IMG/VR virus record: IMGVR_UViG_3300032323_004022
Length of the DNA stretch: 64,000 nucleotides
Direction: 5' to 3' (one strand)
Source of the DNA: an uncultured virus (IMG/VR IMGVR_UViG_3300032323_004022)
Lineage: Duplodnaviria > Heunggongvirae > Uroviricota > Caudoviricetes
Positions within the stretch are counted from its first letter, which is position 1. Each line of letters starts with the position of its first letter. The notes beneath the pieces were generated by a model. It made no database searches. It was not told where the DNA came from and saw nothing but the letters and a program-made list of their open reading frames with translations. Positions 38,504 through 48,357 of this stretch are shown here, piece by piece. Position numbers and translations under genes: made by a program.

Positions 38504-39358
38504 TTATATATTTATACTCAACTCTGATGAAAGGTAGGATAACAACCTAGAAGGTAATGGTTGTGGATTAGATCTCCAATATGAAGCAAAATCTGGTGAC
38601 CAATCAGAACTTGCTACCCAACTAGTTATAATTTCAAATGTTAAACTTTTTTGTGTATTATATTGTTCTGAAATTGAAACATAATTTCTTATAATAGAAG
38701 ATATAACAATTTTACTTAAATTCTCTTCAGAGTATCCAAAGTATCCACGAGGTTGCCTATTGTCTAAAATTTTAAAAAACACTCGTGAATTTTTTATTGT
38801 TTGATCATAATAATTTACGTCTGCAATAAATTTATATAATTCTATTTCATAGTCTTTTGTCGTTGTAAAAGAAAGTTCTGTTGAATTTGCTATAATTTCT
38901 TCGGCAGTTTTGATGTCTATATCTTTACTAACAATCAAAGGATATCCAGATGGATCGCCTGTTGGTCTAGCAATAGAAAAAATTAATTCTTGACCGTCAA
39001 CAGCATCAGAAGTAAGAAATACTTTTCCAAAAACATATCCATCTGACATGGTATCCAAGTTACCTAGAACTTCGCTAATTGTATATCCAATCTCATTATT
39101 AGTAGGAAATTCTACATTACTAGTCGATAAAACTGTTTTCACAAGGCCTTTACCAAAACATAAAATATCTAATACATTATTATAATTTTGTGTTTTTATA
39201 TTTGATAGCCCATACAATAATTGCAAATTTCTTTCTGTACTGTTGTAGTTTAATGCATACTCTTGCATAGACAAGGCATAGTCTACTGTCTTTTGAGTCT
39301 TATCTAATGCAGTTACCAAGTTATTCATAGATACTGCTGATGCATAATTCATTGCCAT
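38504..39358 (-). CDS. Hypothetical virion protein
   Basis: 284 aa ORF in the tightly coupled tail operon. Confidence 0.5.
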   Translation of the reverse strand: MAMNYASAVSMNNLVTALDKTQKTVDYALSMQEYALNYNSTERNLQLLYGLSNIKTQNYNNVLDILCFGKGLVKTVLSTSNVEFPTNNEIGYTISEVLGNLDTMSDGYVFGKVFLTSDAVDGQELIFSIARPTGDPSGYPLIVSKDIDIKTAEEIIANSTELSFTTTKDYEIELYKFIADVNYYDQTIKNSRVFFKILDNRQPRGYFGYSEENLSKIVISSIIRNYVSISEQYNTQKSLTFEIITSWVASSDWSPDFASYWRSNPQPLPSRLLSYLSSELSINI

Positions 39359-42300
39359 TATTTGTTCCTGATTACAATTTTATCTGTTATTGGAAAACCT
39401 AAATATTCATCATTTATGTCATCAAAACTTTTGCCTATTGAAAGAAAAGTTATATTTTGTATTTTATTTGTATCTATATTTACTGGTTCCGAGCTATTGT
39501 CTAGATAAAAAGAATCATCTAACTGACTCCAAATAGATGTGCCTGTTTTTCTCCATTCAAGTTTAATTTGATGATTATTTTGGTAATTATTGAAATGTAA
39601 TTCAAGTTTTATTGGTTGCGAACTTCCAGTTGCAATATAAGAGCTGGTAAAAGAACTCAAAGAAGTATTTTTCCAATTACTTATGTAAGGTTTTTCTTCA
39701 TTATTAATAAAGAAATTTATTCCACCATTTGTTATAATTCTAAAATCAAAAGTTGCTCCTATTGATGATAAGGCTATAAATTCTCCTTGAATTATGCCGT
39801 TGAAATAATTTGTTTGGCCTAATCCTGAGAAATTTCTAACATCAATATTGTGACTTGCGGAAGTTAAATCACTTGCACTATCTGTTGTTAATTCTAGATA
39901 GTTCCACGATGATTTTTTGTACCGTTGAGTGATCCAAGTAGGTGATTTGTCCAACTTAATATATTTTGTTTGTAAATTATTGTTTACGTTATATTTGACA
40001 TATAAATGTATATCATTGGATCTTTTTATCAATCTATTTAAGTTATCACCCACATACACAGTACTAGCTGAACCACTCAAGTTACTCGATAAGGATATTA
40101 AGTGTTGATTTGTATTTGAGTCAAAATATACATCAGTAATTGCAGTACCAGATGATATTTGACCTCCAGTAATGCCCAAACCTACCATTATCATAGGATC
40201 AAAATTTTCATCATTTACATATAGCAAATTAGAACTTGCACTTCCAGTTGCTGCTATTCCTACAACTCTAGTAACTAAAGATCTAGGATAAATTGATAAT
40301 ACTGATGGCGTAAAAACATTTTTACTATTAAAAGCCCAGTATTCGTCAAGCAAATAATCTGTATTATTTGATCTTGAATCATTAGGCGCAGGAAGAATTA
40401 AATTGCTATTTTGAAAATTTCTATTAAAAGCACCATAAATTTCCTCGTCATTACCAAAGAAAACTACATAGGGTGTTCCAGCTAAATTAGTCCAACTGTA
40501 TCCATCATAAATTGCAGAATTGTTTATAGTAGGAGTTGAAGTTTCTGTAATTTGTAATCGTAAATCGTATTTGATTATATACTCTTGATTTGACAAACTT
40601 CCAGCTGACGTACTTACTGTAAGAGAATTTGTTGATCCTATAGAGCTAATTTCATACCAGGAAGATATATTAGATACTACACTTGATCCAAATCCTATAG
40701 AAGCAAATTTTTGATATATTGAAAAATCTGCATATGTGTTATTTGATGGATTATAAATACCAGTGACAGTTGTTCCATTGACTTCTACAAGACCTTTAGT
40801 TTTACTATCATAAGATGGAGGATTTGTGTTTGATTCAAATACAAACCAATAAGTTCTGTCTTTAGTAAGAGAGTAATTTACATAAAAATATATTTCTTCA
40901 AATATATTTTTAATTGACGAGTAAAATATTTTTGAACCAGTTATTAATTTTTTATTTGGCAGGTTGTTATAATTATCCCAAATAGAGCATTGGATGTTTG
41001 CTTCTTCATTGAGAAATAATGATAAATTAGATATTCTTATTTTGAATGATTTGATATCTGTATAGTCATTTGGTGTCACCTTGAAAGCAAATTTATTATA
41101 ATTTACACTCAAATAATTACCAATTTGTTTTTGATTTAAACTTAATGAATCAGATATCTCAAGTTGTTGTTTATAAACATTTTCAAGATTATTTATGCTT
41201 GCATCACTTGTTGAGTAACCTGCAATAGAAATAACAAAAGAATCTGACCTTAAATCTTTTATGTTTGTAGCTGTTTGTATTTTATAACTTTGGGGGCCAC
41301 CAGTAATTTCTTCAAAGTTAGAAATCCAGTATTTATTAGAATCCAACATATAATTGGAAATTGTCATCCCAATTTCTTTGATAGTTGAAAATTGGTTTGA
41401 AAATTTATTAGAATCAGGATTGTAAAACGATTTTGTAAGTTCATAATCACTTACAGCTAAATTTATGTCTTCTTGTGACATATTGGGATTGATTGATCTT
41501 AAGTTGGAAACAAAATCATCTTTAGTTGATTTATTTACGTCAACAGGTTCAACAACTTTACTCAATATTGTTCGACTTTCACCCATTTGTAAGTCTGGTA
41601 TTATTGCTGAATTACCATATAATCGATATTCTTCTATAGAATTAAATGTGCCAACAGCATTAGATGATTGTTCTGCTGTTGTACCTTGCTTGTAATATCC
41701 AGAAACAGACACATTATTACTTATTCTTTTATTGTATTCATCATCTGAGATATAAAATTGAGATGCATTTAATTTTATTTGTTTGATATATTCGTTCCAA
41801 TTTGAGTCTTGGAATTTAATTAAGAATGAATAATCTTTGCATAATTTTGATCCAGTGTTTTCTTGATCTAATAAATCTGGAACATTAGATAATTCTTGAT
41901 AAAATTCAAATTCTGTATTATTTTCAAAATTTACATCATTGAGAGACATTCCATTTTCATCATATCTAAAAAATACAGTTGTTGGAGGTAAAGGCATCCA
42001 TGAACTTAATGCGTTAGATCCTGCAACAGAAACACTAATATTTTTTGGTTCTATTTCTAATGAACTGTTTTTAATTCCAAAAGTTTGATTTTGAATACTA
42101 CTTTTATAATTTTCATCTAAAATTAAATAAAAATTAGTAACTATAGACAAAACTTTACCGTATAGAATAGATCCATCTACATTATATAGATAATCATTTT
42201 CTGTAACTTCACTTAAAAATTTAGTGTTAGTACCAATAACTATATTACTTCCTCCAGAAATGGATATAGTGCCTGAACCATTATATATTTGATAATTTGA

Positions 42301-44061
42301 TTGAAGGTTTGGTAATATAGGATACTTTAATAAGTTGTGAACAAGTTTTGTTTTCTTTGCGCTTGTATTTGCAAAATCAGAATAATTTGACAAACTGTTA
42401 TATTTATATCCAGAAAAAGGTACAACTAACTTTATTGAAAGATTATCAAAAATTGAAGTATATTCTGTAGATCTTGTGTAATTTGTAAAAGTCAATACAT
42501 CTTGCAGCAGATCACCCAATAAATCACTGTCTCCAATTGAATTTACAGCAAAATTATCAGCTACACGATTGATAAAAATAATTGAAGCATTATTTAAGTT
42601 ATATGATGTATTAGTTTTAGTTTTGATAGTTCCTGAAGTTTTGAATGATGGATATGAAAGTATTATTTTTGCAATAATGTCATATTCATCATCGACTTCT
42701 GGATAACTTTGAAAATCATACCAATCTGTAGGAGCAGACTCTTGAGGCATTGCTTTTCCAAAAAATAAATAGAAATCAATGTCTCCATTTTCATATTGGT
42801 TACCAGATATTACATTTTTGGAAGCAATAACCAATGAAACATATTCAAATGAATTTAAAGAAACATAATTTGCTAGTGAATTTGTATCTCCATATGCACT
42901 AAATGTTTCTGGAAATAAATAACGAAATGGCTCTGCAGTTGTTACATAATCTCCATCAAAATATTTTTGGTTAGTTTTGTTTTTTGAAAACAAGTAAATA
43001 TTAGAGTCATTTACACCTGTTTTATCAAATGCGATGTAATTCTGAATCTCTTTTTGTAAATATGTTTTTCTTGGATAAATGTTCCAAGTAGAATTCAAAT
43101 TACTTGAGTTAAAAGTTATAGCAGTTCCAGATGTGTACGTTGGATAGGAAGTTAAAAAATTTGTATCATGTGTGTCCCAATAAAAAGCCAGATGATACCA
43201 ATAATCTGCTGTCCAAGTTGCTGGTGTTTTTATTTTAAATAAATAATAATCTTTAATTCTGTCCGTTGTTGATCCAGTAGAGGAAACTTCGGAAAGATTG
43301 TAAGCAAGATAGGTTAATGCTAATCCCGCCATATTTCCACCCAAAGAAAAGGTTGATCCTATACCTTGAGTCTTAAGATAAACGTGAGAAGCAATACCTA
43401 AATCTCTTGGAGTGTTAGTGAAAGGATTTAAAAATTGTGAACCTTCAAAATAAGATTTTGGAATTATAATATGAGCTTCATTGTTTGAAACTGTACCTGT
43501 GTTTTTGACAGATATCCATCTTGAAGAATTAAATAAGTTTACTCTTCTATATAAACTGCCATCCCATCTGACAGGATAATCATAGTTTATTCTTTCCGAT
43601 CCATCACTAGGTTCAGAATTTATATTGTAAATTATGTAAGAAGTATTAGCATTACCAGCTGCGTTATAAGGTGGAACAAAATATTGCCATGCATTATAAT
43701 CCCAAACATTCCACCCTTCTGTCGCTGGAGGATTGTAATATTGAGGTGTCCAACCACCTGTATTAGCAAAACTAGCAATTTTTTGATCAACTTTATATTT
43801 ACCACCTTGAAATCCAAAAGATATGTTGTCGTCTGAATCAAAAGTTTGATAAGGTTTTGTTGTTAATCCTAAAGGGGTTTTGCCAGCAAGATCATAATCA
43901 TGAAAGATAGTTGATCCTCTGAATTTAACCGCAATTCTCTCATAATCTAAAAAATATCCTCTTTTTAAATTCAAATCTCCAACTAAATCCTTAAAAGCAT
44001 ATTTAGCTTTTCCGATTTGGTTGATTATAAATTCAAGGCCTTTTTTAGATACGAGACTCAT
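39358..44061 (-). CDS. Large tail/fibre-like protein with C-terminal PA14-like domain
   Basis: 1567 aa; fibre-type GTISISGGSNIVIGTNTKF motif; C-terminal F.FRIITNGG..FFIN....I..W...PIKLE...LEW. Confidence 0.5.
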   Translation of the reverse strand: MSLVSKKGLEFIINQIGKAKYAFKDLVGDLNLKRGYFLDYERIAVKFRGSTIFHDYDLAGKTPLGLTTKPYQTFDSDDNISFGFQGGKYKVDQKIASFANTGGWTPQYYNPPATEGWNVWDYNAWQYFVPPYNAAGNANTSYIIYNINSEPSDGSERINYDYPVRWDGSLYRRVNLFNSSRWISVKNTGTVSNNEAHIIIPKSYFEGSQFLNPFTNTPRDLGIASHVYLKTQGIGSTFSLGGNMAGLALTYLAYNLSEVSSTGSTTDRIKDYYLFKIKTPATWTADYWYHLAFYWDTHDTNFLTSYPTYTSGTAITFNSSNLNSTWNIYPRKTYLQKEIQNYIAFDKTGVNDSNIYLFSKNKTNQKYFDGDYVTTAEPFRYLFPETFSAYGDTNSLANYVSLNSFEYVSLVIASKNVISGNQYENGDIDFYLFFGKAMPQESAPTDWYDFQSYPEVDDEYDIIAKIILSYPSFKTSGTIKTKTNTSYNLNNASIIFINRVADNFAVNSIGDSDLLGDLLQDVLTFTNYTRSTEYTSIFDNLSIKLVVPFSGYKYNSLSNYSDFANTSAKKTKLVHNLLKYPILPNLQSNYQIYNGSGTISISGGSNIVIGTNTKFLSEVTENDYLYNVDGSILYGKVLSIVTNFYLILDENYKSSIQNQTFGIKNSSLEIEPKNISVSVAGSNALSSWMPLPPTTVFFRYDENGMSLNDVNFENNTEFEFYQELSNVPDLLDQENTGSKLCKDYSFLIKFQDSNWNEYIKQIKLNASQFYISDDEYNKRISNNVSVSGYYKQGTTAEQSSNAVGTFNSIEEYRLYGNSAIIPDLQMGESRTILSKVVEPVDVNKSTKDDFVSNLRSINPNMSQEDINLAVSDYELTKSFYNPDSNKFSNQFSTIKEIGMTISNYMLDSNKYWISNFEEITGGPQSYKIQTATNIKDLRSDSFVISIAGYSTSDASINNLENVYKQQLEISDSLSLNQKQIGNYLSVNYNKFAFKVTPNDYTDIKSFKIRISNLSLFLNEEANIQCSIWDNYNNLPNKKLITGSKIFYSSIKNIFEEIYFYVNYSLTKDRTYWFVFESNTNPPSYDSKTKGLVEVNGTTVTGIYNPSNNTYADFSIYQKFASIGFGSSVVSNISSWYEISSIGSTNSLTVSTSAGSLSNQEYIIKYDLRLQITETSTPTINNSAIYDGYSWTNLAGTPYVVFFGNDEEIYGAFNRNFQNSNLILPAPNDSRSNNTDYLLDEYWAFNSKNVFTPSVLSIYPRSLVTRVVGIAATGSASSNLLYVNDENFDPMIMVGLGITGGQISSGTAITDVYFDSNTNQHLISLSSNLSGSASTVYVGDNLNRLIKRSNDIHLYVKYNVNNNLQTKYIKLDKSPTWITQRYKKSSWNYLELTTDSASDLTSASHNIDVRNFSGLGQTNYFNGIIQGEFIALSSIGATFDFRIITNGGINFFINNEEKPYISNWKNTSLSSFTSSYIATGSSQPIKLELHFNNYQNNHQIKLEWRKTGTSIWSQLDDSFYLDNSSEPVNIDTNKIQNITFLSIGKSFDDINDEYLGFPITDKIVIRNK

Positions 44062-44063
44062 TG

Positions 44064-44840
44064 TTAATATGCAGTTGTTGGTACATTATCTGGACCAAAA
44101 TAAATTTGTCTAACCAATTCTTTTGCTGTAATTGTTATGGTTCCACTTCTGAAAAGTTGTTTACCTGTAGCATCGTCTGAAGATTTATTGTCATTGCAAA
44201 GTACATCATAAAGCATTCTTATAGGTTCGACATTATCAGCTTGCATTCGAAGTATATTATTTCTTGCTTTTGTCGATAAATTTGCTACAGTAGTTCCAAC
44301 TCCAACATCGTTATACATTCTGATAAATGCTTCTGCTGCTTTACCAGAATCAGGTAGGGATGGTGCTGCTAAATTTGCTGGATGAGTTTCTGACCAAAGA
44401 GCATTAAATTCATTTGTCACTGTTGTTGCATATGAACTTAAAACACTATTGTGATCTATGGTGAAGTGCGCTGGAGAAAGAGTTAATTTTTCACACATTG
44501 GGCAAATATCAACTACCCAGATTCTTCTGTGTTTTCTCAAAATTGACAAAATGATTCTTGTTGCTTCTTGAGTGACTCTTTCTGTTGTTTCAATATTATC
44601 TGCACCAACATTTACCTCAATGTTGACACTGTGTTCATATTCTTGCAAACCAAATGAAATATCTTTTAATGGAGAGCTTGCACCTTTAAAAACTATAGCA
44701 ATTCCATTTGGTCTAACAGCAGCATCTCCAATATAAAATCCAGACACAGGCCGGTCAAAAATTACTGCTTCACCTTTGGCATTTTTTGGTAATTCATAAA
44801 ATAAAATGCCTCTTAAGGTATCGTAAACTCGTTCAAGCAT
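44064..44840 (-). CDS. Putative tail terminator / completion protein
   Basis: 258 aa directly after the gp36-like adaptor; contains a CPMC insertion. Confidence 0.4.
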   Translation of the reverse strand: MLERVYDTLRGILFYELPKNAKGEAVIFDRPVSGFYIGDAAVRPNGIAIVFKGASSPLKDISFGLQEYEHSVNIEVNVGADNIETTERVTQEATRIILSILRKHRRIWVVDICPMCEKLTLSPAHFTIDHNSVLSSYATTVTNEFNALWSETHPANLAAPSLPDSGKAAEAFIRMYNDVGVGTTVANLSTKARNNILRMQADNVEPIRMLYDVLCNDNKSSDDATGKQLFRSGTITITAKELVRQIYFGPDNVPTTAY

Positions 44841-44849
44841 TTATTTCAC

Positions 44850-45344
44850 CTATTGACTTTGACCTTTTGATCTTTTGCCTTCAGTTGGGTTACTTACAAC
44901 GCCTCTCAATGTGGATCTAACAAATCTGTCTCCACGAGTATTTCTTTGGCCAAATAATCTAATTTCACCATTTTGTATTCTAACAATTTCATTTTGAGCA
45001 AAGTCAAATCTTACTTTTTGAGCTTCAGAATATTGTGGGTCTGCGCCTTGAAGCGCTTGCATATAATACATTTGAGCAGCAAGAATAGCACAAATAACTG
45101 GGACTGGGTGAGGATATGAAACATCTCCACCAATATTTACTTGCTTCAAAGGCACATCATACATAGTAGCAAGATTGGCATCAATTTCTGCTGATGCTTG
45201 CTGAATAAAGAAATCTAGATTAATGTTTGATGCAGATTCAGGGGTAGGATTTCTAAAATTAGGAATTGGATTATCACCCTCTGTCACGACATTAGGTGGA
45301 AGATATTGTTTGACATCATTTGTTGTGCAGTAAGAACGTGGCAT
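44850..45344 (-). CDS. Head-tail adaptor, Mu gp36 / DUF1320-like
   Basis: SYCT..DV...LP, I.QAS.EID..L...Y.VPL, IC..LAA, I..G.I.L. Confidence 0.72.
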   Translation of the reverse strand: MPRSYCTTNDVKQYLPPNVVTEGDNPIPNFRNPTPESASNINLDFFIQQASAEIDANLATMYDVPLKQVNIGGDVSYPHPVPVICAILAAQMYYMQALQGADPQYSEAQKVRFDFAQNEIVRIQNGEIRLFGQRNTRGDRFVRSTLRGVVSNPTEGKRSKGQSQ

Positions 45345-46024
45345 TATACTACTCCTGTTTGTGGTTTTAAATATTTAGGCGTGTAATCAACACCCTCATC
45401 ACCTTGTATCAATCCCATTTCTTGTGCTGTTTTTCTTTGCATTAAGGTAAAAACATTTGAATCATCTAATTCATTTGCTGAAGTTGATCCTGAATTTACG
45501 AATCTTGGAAAATCAATGTCAACATCTCTGTAGCCACCTGATTTTGCATTATAAATTTCAACACCATCAGGGGCAAATTTACTCCCTTGTAATCTATTCA
45601 AAGTTGGAGCTAATTTTGAATGGACATTTGTAGCTAATACAAATCCATTATTGTCGTGAACATAACCGCAAGCTTTATCAATTGAAAGATTTCTCGGAAC
45701 TGGCTTTAGTAAATTGTAAATATACAATTCTTCTTTTCCAGAACATATGTAAGTTTGACCAGAAGCAACAACTATATCCATTTGTTGTTGTTGAGCCATC
45801 TGCTTTGCTCTCAATCCTACACTAGGTGTTTCTGGAGAAAGAACTCCAATTATATCCAATCCATTAATAATTGCTGATGTTAGAATTGATTTGATGGTTG
45901 AATTTAAATAGTCTTCGTTTGAAAAAGCTTCTTCTTTGTCGATAAATACGCATAAATCAACCCTTAAGACATTTTTTCTAAGGGCTGTGCATTCTTTTGC
46001 TATATGATACCAGGAGCGTTCCAT
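45344..46024 (-). CDS. PHP-domain-like protein, apparently lacking catalytic histidines
   Basis: RVDL, A...GLDIIGV, G.V, DGVEIYNA, GS; no HxH, DH or GSDAH. Confidence 0.55.
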   Translation of the reverse strand: MERSWYHIAKECTALRKNVLRVDLCVFIDKEEAFSNEDYLNSTIKSILTSAIINGLDIIGVLSPETPSVGLRAKQMAQQQQMDIVVASGQTYICSGKEELYIYNLLKPVPRNLSIDKACGYVHDNNGFVLATNVHSKLAPTLNRLQGSKFAPDGVEIYNAKSGGYRDVDIDFPRFVNSGSTSANELDDSNVFTLMQRKTAQEMGLIQGDEGVDYTPKYLKPQTGVV

Positions 46025-46035
46025 AATAAAGAAAA

Positions 46036-46060
46036 TACTAGGTATCGAAGCTTAATACCT
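46036..46060 (-). promoter_or_regulatory. Putative late promoter AGGT-N16-TAGTA driving the neck/tail operon
   Basis: Minus strand AGGT-ATTAAGCTTCGATACC-TAGTA, 11 nt before the ATG of 46024. Confidence 0.45.
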
Positions 46061-46598
46061 ATCTTTTGTTTCCGCAATCTGGACAAAATTTTTCCATTCC
46101 AGGAAAGCTATAACCACATTCAGTACAAAATTTTGGCAATTGAGCAGTTCCACATTTTAAGCAGAATTTAGCATCTTTTGGGAGATTGTACAAACAACTC
46201 TGATTAAGGCAATTCTTGAACCACTGATTTTCACTCTGATTACGTTCAATAGTCCCATCCATTTCATCAAGTTCAGAAATTAAATCTGCAATATTGACTG
46301 TATTAGGAGTAATTTTTGATTGGCGATCTGTTTCTTCTTCCATTTCAGCTTCAGATGCATTCAAAACAGGTTGATTTTCTGCCCATTTTTGAAATTCTGG
46401 ACTATCAAAAAGACTTTGCTTTGGTTCTGCACTAACATCCCCAAATTCATTGATTTTTAGGTCTATTTCTTGATCAGCCATTTTCATCTCATCCCCAAGC
46501 ACTGTATGTCCAAATTTGTTTACTTTTGGCTTGGGGAGATCTTCACGATGAGGGTTGGTGAAAGAATGTCGTAATACTTTGATCTGATCTTCGTCCAT
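46059..46598 (-). CDS. Double zinc-ribbon (DZR) protein
   Basis: C....C...P..AKFC.KCG, CTECG......KFCPDCG; leaderless GTAAAAT-N6-ATG upstream. Confidence 0.8.
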   Translation of the reverse strand: MDEDQIKVLRHSFTNPHREDLPKPKVNKFGHTVLGDEMKMADQEIDLKINEFGDVSAEPKQSLFDSPEFQKWAENQPVLNASEAEMEEETDRQSKITPNTVNIADLISELDEMDGTIERNQSENQWFKNCLNQSCLYNLPKDAKFCLKCGTAQLPKFCTECGYSFPGMEKFCPDCGNKR

Positions 46599-46614
46599 AA
46601 ACTGATTTTACAGT

Positions 46615-47031
46615 TTATTGCTTCTTTTTGTCATCTCTTCTTTCGTATTTGAAGCTAACTACTTCAAATGAATTTGATTCCGAATCATCTCCAGAAGCAT
46701 ATTCTTTGGTAGTATCTGAATGGCTTTCAATTGATTGTAAAATTTTACTCATCAATTGCGTGTCTGGGATTGGTCCATTGTGTTTTGCTTTGATTTCTAC
46801 TGCAAAGCTGTGTACTGTTCCATCATCACTTACAACGCTTACATTTGGCCGAGGTCTGGCAAAAGATTCAATCTTTGGAGTATTGCCTGTATCGATAATT
46901 GAATCTTCTGTCTCCATAGGAGGTGTGCTTCCCAAATCAAATACAGCATCATTTATCTTGTTTCCCAATTCAGGGTTAACTTGTGCTACTCTTGTCTTTA
47001 TGTCATCCAAAACCTTAATAACTCTGTTCAT
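46615..47031 (-). CDS. Hypothetical protein
   Basis: 138 aa, GAGGA RBS. Confidence 0.6.
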   Translation of the reverse strand: MNRVIKVLDDIKTRVAQVNPELGNKINDAVFDLGSTPPMETEDSIIDTGNTPKIESFARPRPNVSVVSDDGTVHSFAVEIKAKHNGPIPDTQLMSKILQSIESHSDTTKEYASGDDSESNSFEVVSFKYERRDDKKKQ

Positions 47032-47154
47032 CTTTCATCCTCTTAGTTTTCTGTTTTTTTACACCCATTAATAATGGGAATTAACATTTAATATTAAAAT
47101 GTATATTAACGTTAATCTTAAAAGAAAATTGTTAATTAATAACTTTTAATTAAA

Positions 47155-47176
47155 TTGTTGCTATATTTAGCAACAA
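47155..47176. terminator. Hairpin / possible terminator
   Basis: TTGTTGCTA-TATT-TAGCAACAA just downstream of the 47183 stop. Confidence 0.45.
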
Positions 47177-47182
47177 AACAAT

Positions 47183-48292
47183 TTATCCTCCAGTACCAAT
47201 ATTCCAGATATATCTGAAAAATCTACTTCTTCCTCCAGGCATATTAAACTCTGGTACAACAACTGATCTAATTCCAGGATAGAAAGCAATAGGTAATTTT
47301 TCTAACATCTTTTCAAACTCTTCTTTGTACATTGTTGCTGATTGTCTAATGTCATCTGCTATTCTTGCATCAGGATCTTCAATTAGTAATCTTCTTTGTC
47401 TGCTTGTCAAAGAAACTAGTAAGCTTCTTAGGATATAATACGCAGCTCCATATACTAAAGCTGGATCATAAAAATATGGTGCATCACTTACTTGTCTATA
47501 CTTACTTGCACCAGGTTGAGAATTTATTGCTTGTAATGCCATATAAAGACTTGAATTCATATGGTCATTTGTAATCATTTTTATGCTATATGACACTAAA
47601 ACATTATCGTAGCTATGAATGTTTACGGGACCTCCATTTTCATCAATAAAATAGATATTTCCCATAAAATCATATTTCACCATCAAGCCATTAGGATAAT
47701 TATTTCCATTAGTATATTGAGATTCGTAACCATCTCTATTTTTAATAATTGGATCGTAAGTAGTATTGATTGTTGAGTAAATTGGAACGGTTTCTGATAA
47801 TTGAATTAATGGATCTCTGTCACCTTGATTAGATGGTCCTGAAATTCTTATTTCTGGTTTAGGTACAGAATTCCAAAAAGAGAAAGCTACAGAGCCAACA
47901 CTTCTACTTCTTCTAAAAATTACTTCTTCATCATAGATAGGAATGTTCAAAAGATGCTCTAATTCATATCTTAAACTACTTTTTACAAGTAATTCATCTC
48001 CTAGCATTGGAGAGGATGTATTAAGTACATTTCCGTTTGAATCTACTTCTTGGATTCTGTAGTAATTTGAAGGTAAACCGTTAACGTCTACTCCTTCGTT
48101 TGCTGGAAATGCTACAGTAGCAATTGTAGTGTATGTGCCTTCGAAGTTTGAGCTTTTTTGAATTTTATAGAAGGCAACATTTTGTGCTCCAGATCTTTCC
48201 CATTCTATAAAAATTCCTGGGTAAGTTGGCTGAGTGTTGTAATATACTAAAGTACTATTATTAAAAGATTGAGCTGAAAAATCGTTTGCCAT
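47183..48292 (-). CDS. Putative neck / head-tail connector protein with N-terminal FN3-like domain
   Basis: Start moved to ATG 48292 (GGAG RBS); I.W......FYKI.KS....Y.......D.....YYRI FN3-like pattern; helical C-terminus AL..IN..P....LVYGA. Confidence 0.5.
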   Translation of the reverse strand: MANDFSAQSFNNSTLVYYNTQPTYPGIFIEWERSGAQNVAFYKIQKSSNFEGTYTTIATVAFPANEGVDVNGLPSNYYRIQEVDSNGNVLNTSSPMLGDELLVKSSLRYELEHLLNIPIYDEEVIFRRSRSVGSVAFSFWNSVPKPEIRISGPSNQGDRDPLIQLSETVPIYSTINTTYDPIIKNRDGYESQYTNGNNYPNGLMVKYDFMGNIYFIDENGGPVNIHSYDNVLVSYSIKMITNDHMNSSLYMALQAINSQPGASKYRQVSDAPYFYDPALVYGAAYYILRSLLVSLTSRQRRLLIEDPDARIADDIRQSATMYKEEFEKMLEKLPIAFYPGIRSVVVPEFNMPGGRSRFFRYIWNIGTGG

Positions 48293-48301
48293 ATTTTCTC
48301 C

Positions 48302-48339
48302 AAAAAAAATAAAGGCCACCCAACTGGATAGCCTTTATT
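48302..48339 (-). terminator. Rho-independent terminator
   Basis: Minus strand AATAAAGGCTATCC-AGTT-GGGTGGCCTTTATT (two G-U pairs) followed by a T run. Confidence 0.75.
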
Positions 48340-48357
48340 CAGTCTAGATTAAACTTT

